Below, in pieces: positions 55,258 to 64,000 of a stretch of 64,000 bases of DNA (within the stretch, counting starts at the first letter, position 1; every line of letters begins with the position of its first letter). A program made the translations under genes and the position numbers. The notes under the pieces were generated by a model. It made no database searches. It was given only the letters and a program-made list of their open reading frames with translations, and was not told the DNA's origin. The stretch is from a virus. Lineage: Duplodnaviria > Heunggongvirae > Uroviricota > Caudoviricetes. Location of the stretch: positions 1-64,000 of the IMG/VR virus record IMGVR_UViG_3300025875_000002; one strand, given 5' to 3'.

Positions 55258-55717
55258 GGAGGTATTGATGGACGCAGTGATTGTGGATATGGATGGTACT
55301 GCTGCTGACGTAAGGACAATTCGTCATCACGTTACTGGAGCGGTTCACAATTTTCATAAATTTTATGAAGAATCGGTTAATTGTCCGCCCAATATTGAAG
55401 TGATCGATGCTGTCAAGAAGGCTCAGTCTAATGGACTAAAGGTATTAATTGTTACCGCTCGACAGGATCGGTACATGTATCACACTCTTTTCTGGCTGTC
55501 TGGCCCGGAGGTTGATCTATCCTTTGATGACATTTATATGAGAAAGACTAATGATAACCGGCCGGATCATGTGGTAAAGAGGGAGATCCTCGAAAGAATT
55601 TACAAGGACGGATACAATCCTGTCCATGCTTGGGATGATCGGCCTGATATTGCTGCAATTTGGGAAGAGGCAGGCATTCCAACCACTCTGGTGGCTGGAA
55701 TCGGCTTTGAAGATTGA
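55217..55717 (+). CDS. HAD-superfamily phosphatase
   Basis: Motif I VIVDMDGT (DxDG[TV]); size typical of small HAD nucleotidases/PNK-phosphatase domains. Confidence 0.5.
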   Translation: MATLFGRRERLTVKEVLMDAVIVDMDGTAADVRTIRHHVTGAVHNFHKFYEESVNCPPNIEVIDAVKKAQSNGLKVLIVTARQDRYMYHTLFWLSGPEVDLSFDDIYMRKTNDNRPDHVVKREILERIYKDGYNPVHAWDDRPDIAAIWEEAGIPTTLVAGIGFED

Positions 55718-55760
55718 GTATGGTATGCTAGGCTAGAGTCCTACTTAAAGGGAGGCCCTG

Positions 55761-56024
55761 ATGACTGATTTTGATATGGCAATTGATGCTCTTATTAAGA
55801 CCCGTGCAGAGCGTGAGCGACTGCGTAAATTTGCTGAGTGGATTGTCTCTTTAGACGATGACGACCCGGAAAGCCCCGGTCGTCAGGCACGCAAGACAGT
55901 TACTCTAAGTAACATTATTGATAGAGCTAGGAAGGCATGTAAGGTTACAAAGAAGACGGAAGAATTTCACTTTTGTTACCCCGATAGCTGCGAAATATAT
56001 GGAGGTAGTAATGAAGGAAAGTAA
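55761..56024 (+). CDS. hypothetical protein
   Basis: ORF track; RBS AAGGGAGG. Confidence 0.35.
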   Translation: MTDFDMAIDALIKTRAERERLRKFAEWIVSLDDDDPESPGRQARKTVTLSNIIDRARKACKVTKKTEEFHFCYPDSCEIYGGSNEGK

Positions 56025-56292
56025 GAAAAGATTTCTTCTTTGGGGCACTCCTTCCGCTGGAATTATTGGGAGTGCATGGCTTTTTGCTGCTGACAATCCT
56101 ACCATCTTTCTTACGATGATGGTATGTTCTCTTCCTTTCCAAGCGAGGATGTGGAAGGAAGTTGTTTAATTCTATCGACCAACTGTTTTTTCGGTTCATC
56201 ATGTGGCTGTTCTTCCCTAAGTTGAAGAAGCTACTTGACGGGGACCAACCTCTAGGGTAGACTATCCCTACGTCCACAAGAAGGGGGTACAG

Positions 56293-57156
56293 ATGATCCT
56301 CAGCACTATCATTGACATTGCTACCGTTGCCGGTCCCACCGTGGCCGGTTACGTTGGCTTGAAGATCGTTGACAAGAAGATGGAGCAGCCGAAGCAGAAG
56401 GCAATCGCTGGTCCCACCCTAATTGATGGACGCACTAAGGACGAGTGGTACGGTCTTATTGAGGGGATGGGCAAGGAGAATTACGAGCAGCTTTCTATGC
56501 CGCCTCTTGATGGTCTAGAGCGTTCCACTGAGATTACTTGGGATGTTGAACCTCTCATGGGCACCTTTAACTACACCCAGCTTATGCGTCGTTGGTATCC
56601 TGAGCAGTTCTGTGAGTATTGCTCCAAGCGTGGTTGCGAGCAGACCTGCTGGGAGTATGAGGATTACGTTGAGGAACAGCGCGAGCGAGAGCGTGATGCT
56701 AAGCGTCGTGCGCTACAGGCCCAGCGTCGTAAGGATCAGGAGGCCCGTGACCAACAGAGGCTAAAGAAGGCTCTTGTCGAGAAAGGCAAGCCCCGAGATA
56801 TTATTTCCAAGCGTGAGTTCAACTATGAAGATGAACTTGATATGATTCAAAAGAAAATAAATAAGCTTAATCAGGTGGCAAATAATATTCACTTGTCCGA
56901 AAATATAGAGGATGTTAATACTCCTTCTGGGCCTGTGACGTTTACCATCAAGAAGGAAGAAAACTGGCCTAACTTTTATATTGTCACTGCGAATCGTAAT
57001 GGACTTTCAGCCAGCCGTAAAGTTGCGGTCATTACAATTGAATTCAGCATGAACCTGGTCAAGGAAGCTCTTATTGAAGAGCTTGATAAGCTGGGCGCAA
57101 TAGTTTCTCGTACTACCATCCAGTGGAAAGATAAAACTTACTATATTATTTACTGA
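56293..57156 (+). CDS. hypothetical protein with N-terminal hydrophobic segment and Arg/Gln-rich coiled coil
   Basis: ORF track. Confidence 0.4.
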   Translation: MILSTIIDIATVAGPTVAGYVGLKIVDKKMEQPKQKAIAGPTLIDGRTKDEWYGLIEGMGKENYEQLSMPPLDGLERSTEITWDVEPLMGTFNYTQLMRRWYPEQFCEYCSKRGCEQTCWEYEDYVEEQRERERDAKRRALQAQRRKDQEARDQQRLKKALVEKGKPRDIISKREFNYEDELDMIQKKINKLNQVANNIHLSENIEDVNTPSGPVTFTIKKEENWPNFYIVTANRNGLSASRKVAVITIEFSMNLVKEALIEELDKLGAIVSRTTIQWKDKTYYIIY

Positions 57157-57390
57157 GAGTAGTCAATAGTTATCAGATTGTTGCATTGACGTAGGCACGT
57201 GCTCGTGCTACACTCTAACCATACCGGAGGAAATGATGACTGTTTTGATTCGTATTTTCTGCAACGCTTGTCATGGCATGGCAGGGGTTGGTCTTGATTT
57301 TTCTCACGCCAAGTTTAATGTCAGGGAGACTGGCGGGAGGATTTTTGGGTCCAGGGTAGCTGTCTGTTCAGGATGTGCTAAGGCCACTGC

Positions 57391-57870
57391 ATGACGCTGG
57401 GTACCGAGGAAGAAGCACGGCTGATCTACCGTAGGCGCAGAAATGGGCGAGGACCACTCCCAAGGGGCTGGAAGAAGCTAGGTGAGGGGGCATCCCGATC
57501 AGCTTACCTTTCCCCCTTGGGAGTGGTATATAAGATTAATAAGCCCCATCTTGATGAGGACTATAATCTTTCGGAAGTATTTAACTTTAAAAGGTTTAAA
57601 TCCAGCAAGAAGAGACTGCCGACGGGCTGGCGAATTGCTAAAATTAATCTTTACAGTTTTAAGCACGAAGGTGATACCATTAATGTAGTAGCAATGCAGT
57701 ACATTCAAGGTCGTCATGAAGTTTTATGCTCTTATGAGCAAGAAGAATCGTTTTATAAAAATTCCGGCGCTTTGAGGGCCTGGAAGGTTTTGGAATTAAA
57801 CGATGTGCACGAGGGTAATTTTGTAATCACCCCAGAGGGAACGAAAGTCATAATTGATCTAGGAGAATAG
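57391..57870 (+). CDS. hypothetical protein
   Basis: ORF track. Confidence 0.35.
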   Translation: MTLGTEEEARLIYRRRRNGRGPLPRGWKKLGEGASRSAYLSPLGVVYKINKPHLDEDYNLSEVFNFKRFKSSKKRLPTGWRIAKINLYSFKHEGDTINVVAMQYIQGRHEVLCSYEQEESFYKNSGALRAWKVLELNDVHEGNFVITPEGTKVIIDLGE

Positions 57871-57871
57871 C

Positions 57872-58111
57872 GTGACGAGACGGCGTATGTCGGCAACAAT
57901 AAAAGAGTCACTTGATCAGCAGGGTCTGCCACTTACCGAAGAAACTAAGGCGGTCGCAGACGCTGCTGTCGATGCTGCCCTAGATTATCTGTTGGCATTC
58001 GCCCAAGACGTTAGTGAAGAATTAGCAGGAAACGAACTATTTTCTGAGGCAATGGTTGCGGGTGTCTTTGCTCGCAAATTCAAAAACCTCAAAACTGATG
58101 ATTTAGCATAA
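57872..58111 (+). CDS. hypothetical protein
   Basis: ORF track. Confidence 0.3.
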   Translation: MTRRRMSATIKESLDQQGLPLTEETKAVADAAVDAALDYLLAFAQDVSEELAGNELFSEAMVAGVFARKFKNLKTDDLA

Positions 58112-58125
58112 CTACATGGTAAAAT

Positions 58126-58341
58126 ATGTCTAGGTCACAAACAATAGGAGGCACAGACATGAATACAGAATACTGCGACCGCTGCGGAGCGGCGGGTAAG
58201 GTTCAGATTATTCTCGCCAATGGACAGGATTTGGTCTTTTGCGGGCATCACGCTAGAGAATATAAGCACATAATTTGGGATCTCGCTTGTGATGTAATCT
58301 ATGACGACGAAACTCTAATTGAAGACCTACAGCCAGTTTAA
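58126..58341 (+). CDS. hypothetical Zn-ribbon protein
   Basis: CDRCGAAG...CGHH. Confidence 0.3.
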   Translation: MSRSQTIGGTDMNTEYCDRCGAAGKVQIILANGQDLVFCGHHAREYKHIIWDLACDVIYDDETLIEDLQPV

Positions 58342-58350
58342 GGAGATATC

Positions 58351-59013
58351 ATGAGGGTACTTGATCCAAGGGTTCGTAATCCTCTGTACCGTCTCTATAG
58401 CCGTATGAACCATACCATCGGGGACGGCGGAACTTTAGCAACAATTGGTGCTCTTGGTTTCGCCGCCCCGGTGGGGTCAAGCTTTTTTGCAGATACCGCC
58501 TTTGCTTTTGGTGCGGCAGCCGGTGCAGCAGGTCTCTTGACCTTTGCCGGTTATGCTCAGCAGACCAAGCAGAAGGCTCGACTAACTAAGTTGGTTACCA
58601 TTAAGGGCCAACTACCTGAGGGTTATCAGAGAATTATTGATCCCCTCATTGATGAGGTGTACCACTGCACCAACAGCCACTTTTCCTTTAAGCGTGGTAG
58701 GCAGGGAATCCAATATGGTCATACTGTTGACGGATACTCTCAGACATTCTATCTTGATAAGGAAAGCAAGGCTGAGTGGAAGGCCCGTGACGCACGTGAG
58801 GAATTGCTTGCGCTGGGTCACTCTTGCGAGTATTGTGGACAGCGTGTCCAGGCCGCGCAGCTTCTTTTGGAAGAATGTAAGACTGCCCAGGTCGATGATG
58901 ATAGCTCTGTACAAACCGTCCTGCGTGTGGTAGACTCTCAGAGAGAAGCCAACAAGCAGATTGCGGCAGTGCGAGAGAGCACCCGCCAAGCATATAAGGA
59001 GCTAACCCAATGA
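58351..59013 (+). CDS. membrane protein
   Basis: Hydrophobic segments near N-terminus; RBS AAGGAGA. Confidence 0.4.
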   Translation: MRVLDPRVRNPLYRLYSRMNHTIGDGGTLATIGALGFAAPVGSSFFADTAFAFGAAAGAAGLLTFAGYAQQTKQKARLTKLVTIKGQLPEGYQRIIDPLIDEVYHCTNSHFSFKRGRQGIQYGHTVDGYSQTFYLDKESKAEWKARDAREELLALGHSCEYCGQRVQAAQLLLEECKTAQVDDDSSVQTVLRVVDSQREANKQIAAVRESTRQAYKELTQ

Positions 59014-59225
59014 GAATTCCTGAGGTTCCCCGCGAGCGTATTGGTCATTCCTACCTCGGCGCTATACTTATGATCGTCTTGGCCCTTATGAATGTGGGCG
59101 GTTTTGTGCTTACAATTTTCGGTTTCGGTCTGCTCGTCTGGACTGCTATCTCTGACCATGATGATGACAATCACATCGACCCGCCCGGTACTGAGTATGT
59201 GAATAACAGGGAGGTGCGTACGTGA
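59010..59225 (+). CDS. small membrane protein
   Basis: Two TM helices. Confidence 0.35.
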   Translation: MRIPEVPRERIGHSYLGAILMIVLALMNVGGFVLTIFGFGLLVWTAISDHDDDNHIDPPGTEYVNNREVRT

Positions 59226-59737
59226 GAATCGTAAAGCCCAGCCGGGGTGGTTGGACCCGGTTCAGTAAGTCAGCAATTGAGTCTGGCGATGGTGTATGGT
59301 ACTCCTTTATGGGTACAATTGCTACTGCGGGTAGTATTCCCGGTGCAATTCTGCCTTCCATCGTAACCGGCAATCCTGGGTTCATGCTTATTGCTGTGCC
59401 TGCTGCTTTGTTCCTCAGTACAGTTTTCGGTTACGTTTCCGGTACTGAGAAGGTTGACGGCGGTCGTGCAAAGCTGTACGTTGAGGCCAACAGGCTGCTG
59501 CCTAAGATTACTGGCGTGCTAGAGCGTCCAATTGCTGAGAGGCTGGTCGAAAACATTTGGCTGCACACTCTTGACAATCACTACTCTAACTGCGAGACTT
59601 GTACCGAGCGTGTTACCATGCTTAAGGAGCTTGCACCTAATCAGATTAAGAACAGAGAAGATATTGAAGAGGCTAAGCTAATGCTGGAAACCCGGCGTGA
59701 GGTTGCGTCGTGGTCGGAGAGGAAGCAAATTGGATAG
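59222..59737 (+). CDS. membrane protein
   Basis: Hydrophobic segments; overlapping starts with neighbours (operon). Confidence 0.4.
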   Translation: MRIVKPSRGGWTRFSKSAIESGDGVWYSFMGTIATAGSIPGAILPSIVTGNPGFMLIAVPAALFLSTVFGYVSGTEKVDGGRAKLYVEANRLLPKITGVLERPIAERLVENIWLHTLDNHYSNCETCTERVTMLKELAPNQIKNREDIEEAKLMLETRREVASWSERKQIG

Positions 59738-59936
59738 GATATGTGCTTTCTGCGGGGCAGAATGTAGCCCTGCAATTGGAGTGTCCCAGGAGCTTATGAC
59801 TAAGTTTTGGGGTGGAAAGACCGGTTTTAAGATTCAGTATACGGGCAGGCAGGACCTATTCTTCTGTAATGACCGGCACCGGTCTGCTGCCCTTTATCCA
59901 AAGCCAGAGATTACGGAGAGTGACGATGAAGATTGA
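59697..59936 (+). CDS. hypothetical Cys-containing protein
   Basis: CAFCGAEC...CNDRH. Confidence 0.3.
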   Translation: MRLRRGRRGSKLDRICAFCGAECSPAIGVSQELMTKFWGGKTGFKIQYTGRQDLFFCNDRHRSAALYPKPEITESDDED

Positions 59937-60122
59937 GGTCGTAATTGAGGAAGGCTCTGCTGGTGTTTGGCATTGGTTCCTTAAGCCTGACTTTAGTTAC
60001 GCTGAATTTGCTAGCCCGATAGCAGGGTGGGCAACTGATCCTGGCGAGGCGGGTAATACTGCCATGAATGCTTTAGTCCGGTTGAATTACTGGTACTGGC
60101 AAACCCAGCAGGGTGAGCTTTT

Positions 60123-60536
60123 CTAATTTCGGTTTAGGTAATCAATAGCCTTTCGTAATGTCTCTATGTTGTCCTTCGCCATTCCAAGCATGATGTTGCA
60201 GCTATTGCATAGCAACCCACGAACATCGCCGGTCGTATGGCAGTGATCCACATATAGTGAGTCACCCCTTACGGGTGCAGGAACTTCTTTACAAATAGCG
60301 CAAAGTCCTTGCTGCTTTACTATCATGGAGTTATAGTCTTCCATGCTTATACCATATTTGCTAAGGAAGTGTGAACCCTTTTTGTATGGGTAATGCTTAC
60401 GACGGCAAGCACTACACTTGTAGTCATAGCCAGAAGTTGCTGCCTTGTTGACAGGGAAGTTTTCTACTGGTAGCATTTCACGACACATCTTGCATAGCTT
60501 CTTTCCATCAATGATGGGATACTTTTCGTTTGGCAT
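60123..60536 (-). CDS. HNH endonuclease, Endonuclease VII-like (only clear minus-strand gene)
   Basis: CAICKEV...DHCHTTGDVRGLLCNSCNIMLG signature. Confidence 0.8.
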   Translation of the reverse strand: MPNEKYPIIDGKKLCKMCREMLPVENFPVNKAATSGYDYKCSACRRKHYPYKKGSHFLSKYGISMEDYNSMIVKQQGLCAICKEVPAPVRGDSLYVDHCHTTGDVRGLLCNSCNIMLGMAKDNIETLRKAIDYLNRN

Positions 60537-60578
60537 GATGTAGTCGTACCAAATTTCAGTTTAAAACACAAATGAAAC

Positions 60579-60641
60579 CAATTTTCGGTTTTAGTTTTCG
60601 GCTTCATTTCATTTCAATTTTCGGTTTTAGGGAGAGATTTC
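60579..60641. repeat. direct repeats CAATTTTCGGTTTTAG (x2) with four TTTTCGG cores in divergent intergenic region
   Basis: 60579-60594 and 60626-60641 identical 16-mers; additional TTTTCGG at 60596 and 60648. Confidence 0.5.
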
Positions 60642-60644
60642 GGT

Positions 60645-61016
60645 ATGAGTTTTAGAATACTGGTGAGCGGGAGCCGCGAGTGGGACGATCCTCTTGCCAT
60701 AGAGAACGCTATCATTGATCTAAAGAATTGGTATCCGTTCATATGGGAGGACGTAGTAATTGTTCATGGTGATTGCCCTACCGGGGCCGATGCTATGGCA
60801 CAAAAGTTTGCCGATGAGGTAGACCTAATTACTGAACGTCACCCTGCTGATTGGAAACAATTCGGTAAGTTCGCCGGTCCAAAGCGTAATCAAGAGATGG
60901 TTGACAGTGACATTAACGTCGTGTTAGCGTTTCCTAAGGGATTGTCCAAGGGCACCCGAGGAACAATCAAGATGGCTAAAGAGGCCGGTCTTGTAGTTAA
61001 AGTTTATGAGGGATAA
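60645..61016 (+). CDS. SLOG-fold (DprA/Smf-like, DUF2493-type) nucleotide-binding protein
   Basis: ILVSGSREW...VVIVHGDCPTGADAMAQKFA...AFPKGLSKGTRGT pattern typical of SLOG/DUF2493 Rossmann-like proteins. Confidence 0.45.
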   Translation: MSFRILVSGSREWDDPLAIENAIIDLKNWYPFIWEDVVIVHGDCPTGADAMAQKFADEVDLITERHPADWKQFGKFAGPKRNQEMVDSDINVVLAFPKGLSKGTRGTIKMAKEAGLVVKVYEG

Positions 61017-61036
61017 CCCCATCTAAGGAGAACAAA

Positions 61037-61327
61037 ATGACGAATCCATTTGTACCAAAGACTAGCTTTACTTTTGCAGAAATGCAGGAGAGTGTTACCA
61101 ATGTAGTCAATGCCTTCACTGATGCTGTAGATGAGCACATTGATGACGAAGGTATTAAGATGAAGATTGCTATTTCGTTTGCTGCCAATGTGTTCAAGAC
61201 CACCATGCGTGTAGCGCTAAAAAAGCAGAAGGACGCCGAGCAGACCACCGGGGCATCCAATGAGGAACTTGATGGTCTCTTTAAGAATGATGCGGATTAC
61301 TTCAAGAGGTTTTTTGATGGGCTCTGA
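61037..61327 (+). CDS. hypothetical protein
   Basis: ORF track; RBS AAGGAGA. Confidence 0.35.
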   Translation: MTNPFVPKTSFTFAEMQESVTNVVNAFTDAVDEHIDDEGIKMKIAISFAANVFKTTMRVALKKQKDAEQTTGASNEELDGLFKNDADYFKRFFDGL

Positions 61328-61544
61328 TAAAGAACTTATTCTAATTGATGTAGCAGTAGAGGGCATGGCCATGGTGAAGCAATCGTTTCTAATGGCCATG
61401 GCAAGCGAAGGTTATTCTCTTGTTGATATAATTCGTATTAATGATGCTGCTGAAAAGCTTAAGGTTGATTGGGTTGCAAAAATGCAACTAAAGAGCCTGT
61501 TGCGTGACCTTGGAGAGAATACAGAAGAGCCCTCGTCAAATTGA
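61260..61544 (+). CDS. hypothetical protein
   Basis: ORF track; overlaps previous ORF in another frame, one of the two may be spurious. Confidence 0.25.
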   Translation: MRNLMVSLRMMRITSRGFLMGSDKELILIDVAVEGMAMVKQSFLMAMASEGYSLVDIIRINDAAEKLKVDWVAKMQLKSLLRDLGENTEEPSSN

Positions 61545-61551
61545 CGGGGGC
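61531..61551 (+). terminator. hairpin terminator candidate
   Basis: CCCTCGTCAAATTGACGGGGG. Confidence 0.4.
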
Positions 61552-61675
61552 TTCGTAATACTCCGGTCAATTTTCTCGGAATTCGTAATATTTTAAAAAC
61601 TTTCCGTTAATTTTTGACTCGGTTCGTAATAGCCTAAAAAAACTTTCCGTTAAAATTCTAGACCTTTCGTAATGG
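61552..61675. repeat. tandem ~43-nt imperfect direct repeats with TTCGTAATA (x4) and AAACTTTCCGTTAA (x2) cores
   Basis: TTCGTAAT at ~61552, 61582, 61623, 61666; AAACTTTCCGTTAA at 61596 and 61640. Confidence 0.5.
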
Positions 61676-62316
61676 AGCTGTTTTTGGGGGCGGCTAAAAA
61701 TGATCTTTGGGCCGGGACGGGTTTTCGCCCCAGCCCGGCCCGTCCGTCACTCTGCGTGATAGCGCCGCCATTCCCGCTTTTCGCGGTGCTTGACCCTACG
61801 CCTCTCAGACTTTACACCACTAGGCGGAATGTCGCAACACGTGCACTGCACTGAGTCTCGGCGGTTTCGCTTGCTCATCACGATTGCCATACCCCTAGCT
61901 TACACGAAAACCGCCCGGTTGCAAGTATTGACTTATCAGACTTTGGGGTTTATACGTGCGTGCACACACAGAGAACAGCCTTAAAAGATCTTGAAGTTAA
62001 GGGTTGTGATCTTGGTATGGTGCGTGTAATGTTCTCCCTGTCAGAAGGTAGCGGCTAAAGCGAAAGCCGCTAGCGAGGTAGCCACCAAAACGGCCTACTG
62101 ACACCGCACGGAACATCCTAGGCGCGTCAAATCACCTAGGCTCGCTAGCAGACCGTGATACGGATAGTCTGCCCTTGACACACCCACCAACCTCCTATAG
62201 AGTAGGGATCATGCGAAACTACTTCAAGCGTTACCGTTCCACCGGGCGACACACCTCCCGGTTCGTTGAGCGAAACACTGTCGGCCTTTCCATCTTCTCC
62301 TGATAGGATCACACAC

Positions 62317-62739
62317 ATGAATACTGTTGCAGAGTTGACCGGCATCGGTTTTGATGCTACCCTCGCACAGCACGTGCTTGACTACGTTGAGCGGCTTAAC
62401 GGTAGTGACGCTATCGGGCCGGGTAAGAATCATAAGGGTGGACGCTACATGAGCTTTAGCGTCGATTCTAAGGCTACCCGTGCCAATAAGTATGTGCGTA
62501 TCATCGGTGACACCGGTGGTCCCTATGGGAAGTCTGTGCATGCCTTTATCGTTAAGGCAACCGGGCAGGTGGTCAAGCCTGCCGGTTATAAGGCACCGGC
62601 TAAGTCTACAGCGGCCGGTAAGGTTGGTGAATTTCTTTCCAACTACACCTTGACCGATGATGACTCACGTGCTAAGCTCTGGAACCTGCTTGCTACGGAC
62701 GCCGGTTGTTTTGCCGGTGGATATCTTTACCAGCGGTAG
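62317..62739 (+). CDS. hypothetical protein (start uncertain; ORF track gives 62266)
   Basis: ORF track frame; ATG 62317 preceded by AGGA. Confidence 0.3.
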   Translation: MNTVAELTGIGFDATLAQHVLDYVERLNGSDAIGPGKNHKGGRYMSFSVDSKATRANKYVRIIGDTGGPYGKSVHAFIVKATGQVVKPAGYKAPAKSTAAGKVGEFLSNYTLTDDDSRAKLWNLLATDAGCFAGGYLYQR

Positions 62740-63243
62740 GGGTTGACAGACCGAGAAACAGGGTCTAAGCTTTAGATGTAAGGCCGAAACGGAAGCCCCG
62801 GTTAAGCGGGCGAGAATAACTGTGAATGTACTGTAACCTATTAAGGGAGTCATCATGGATACTCAGTCCCGGGCATGAATTAAACTGCCTCGCCATTTAA
62901 TTTTAATCGAAAGTGGCACTAATAGAATTGGGCAGGATCGGGACCGGGGAGCCTATCATTACAGACGGCAAATCCGACGGCGGGGTTTAATGCATACCCT
63001 CCCACAAAATGCATAAGTAATACCGGGCCGGTGCGACAGGCAAAACCGTGAAGCACCGTGAGTTTGTCGCTACCGTGTAAAAATGTATTCCGGCCTACGG
63101 CCCTTCCTCACCGAGACTAAATCGGCCGGTTTAGTTGTTGACGTGAGTATGGCACTGTAGTACGCTGTAGGTTCGGGCTGATCACCTCATAGCCTATGGT
63201 TGTACGCAATACGGGACCGGTTTGAATCCGGTAAGGGTCACGC

Positions 63244-63275
63244 TTGACAGGCACGACAGGGTGTGATTATACTGA
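63244..63275 (+). promoter_or_regulatory. sigma70-like promoter (TTGACA N18 TATACT)
   Basis: cTTGACAggcacgacagggtgtgatTATACTg. Confidence 0.35.
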
Positions 63276-63300
63276 TCACACACCAACAAACGGAGGAAAT

Positions 63301-63715
63301 CGTGAGCACTGTACTTGACGCACGTGAGTGGCTGGCATCTCTTACCCCGCCGCTTGCAATCGCTAACACCCGTGGGCGGTTCAGTAATGCCGCTAAGGAA
63401 GCGCTAGCGGCTGCTGCTAAGGATGGCATAGTGTTTTCCACTAGTGCCACGCCTACGGCCACCGTGACCGTTACAGTGGAGAATGGCGATAAGGTTACGG
63501 AGCGGCGGGAAATCAATATCTACGCGCCGCACGCTGATCCTATCCGATCCGGTACGCTGGTCTTTGTTGACGGAAAGCGAAAGCGCTTCAATGCTTCCGC
63601 AACGGAAGCGTGCGCGCACTGTTCAATGTCTTTCGGCTGGTGCTACTGTGACATTCCGACATTCCGTGTGTGGCAGTCCGATACCATTCTCCGTTTGGAG
63701 TCGGCCATTGCCTAA
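63301..63715 (+). CDS. hypothetical protein (GTG start after promoter and RBS GGAGGAAAT; ORF track gives 63263)
   Basis: ORF track frame, RBS AACGGAGGAAATC. Confidence 0.3.
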
Positions 63716-64000
63716 GGTGACTGCCGAAAAGAAGCTTGCCGATACGATTGGGAATGCTCTTGATTCCCTTTCGTTCCGGCCAGAGCTAATTGTCTTTGCA
63801 TTCCATGATAAGGGGACGGCAATTAATATGCGTCTCTTTGATCTTATCATGGCTTTCCTTACCAATTGGTCTGATCGGTATAGGGATAATGAAGTCACGC
63901 CGGATATGCGAATGTATCGTGCGTGCGAAATGTCCCATCGCATGCTGTCATCACTCTATGATACCGAAAGTAACACAAAGTAGTTGTTGACAAACTAGGA

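Noticed and set aside
63483-63983. ORF 63483-63983 overlapping 63301-63715 in another frame, and 61260-61544 versus 61037-61327
   Set aside because: Mutually exclusive overlapping frames. Without codon-usage statistics I cannot choose confidently. Only the ones with RBS and promoter context were reported, at low confidence.

Overview
Best interpretation: this is the terminase-proximal arm of a large, tRNA-rich lytic actinobacteriophage, about 49-50% GC. The window opens with a 40-nt poly-G run (likely an assembly or contig-end artefact), then a terminase small and large subunit pair. Virion structural genes are absent.

The rest is an accessory region with four notable blocks:
- A tRNA super-array: at least 35 canonical-looking tRNAs, a tmRNA (29766-30073), and many degenerate tRNA-like elements, all on the + strand.
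- About 18 HNH homing endonucleases in several paralogous families. Several abut tRNA termini within 0-10 nt, and one sits between rIIA-like and rIIB-like genes.
- An NAD+-salvage gene set: PnuC plus bifunctional NadR, the nicotinamidase PncA, a NadR-type kinase-like P-loop protein, a HAD phosphatase, a NADAR protein and a SLOG-fold protein.
- Host-takeover and DNA-metabolism genes: Cas4-like nuclease, RuvC-like resolvase, DEDDh exonuclease, SNase-like nuclease, C5-methyltransferase, thioredoxin, WhiB, a (p)ppGpp hydrolase (SAH), radical SAM and SPFH proteins.

A secreted Rpf-like + LysM + M23 peptidoglycan hydrolase and the WhiB regulator point to an actinobacterial host. A bldA-like tRNA-Leu(UAA) hints at Streptomyces.

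The most unusual signals:
- A roughly 740-nt ORF-free, hairpin-dense locus at 27160-27900, flanked by tRNAs and an HNH gene.
- A second promoter-driven ORF-free RNA locus at 22745-23260.
- A tRNA with a CUA (amber-reading) anticodon.
- Two short-variable-arm tRNAs with a UAG anticodon.
- A tRNA-like gene with an internal insertion of about 110 nt.

No CRISPR array, rRNA or integrase was seen. Everything is by-eye reading; tRNA coordinates are +/- 2 nt and anticodon calls are provisional.
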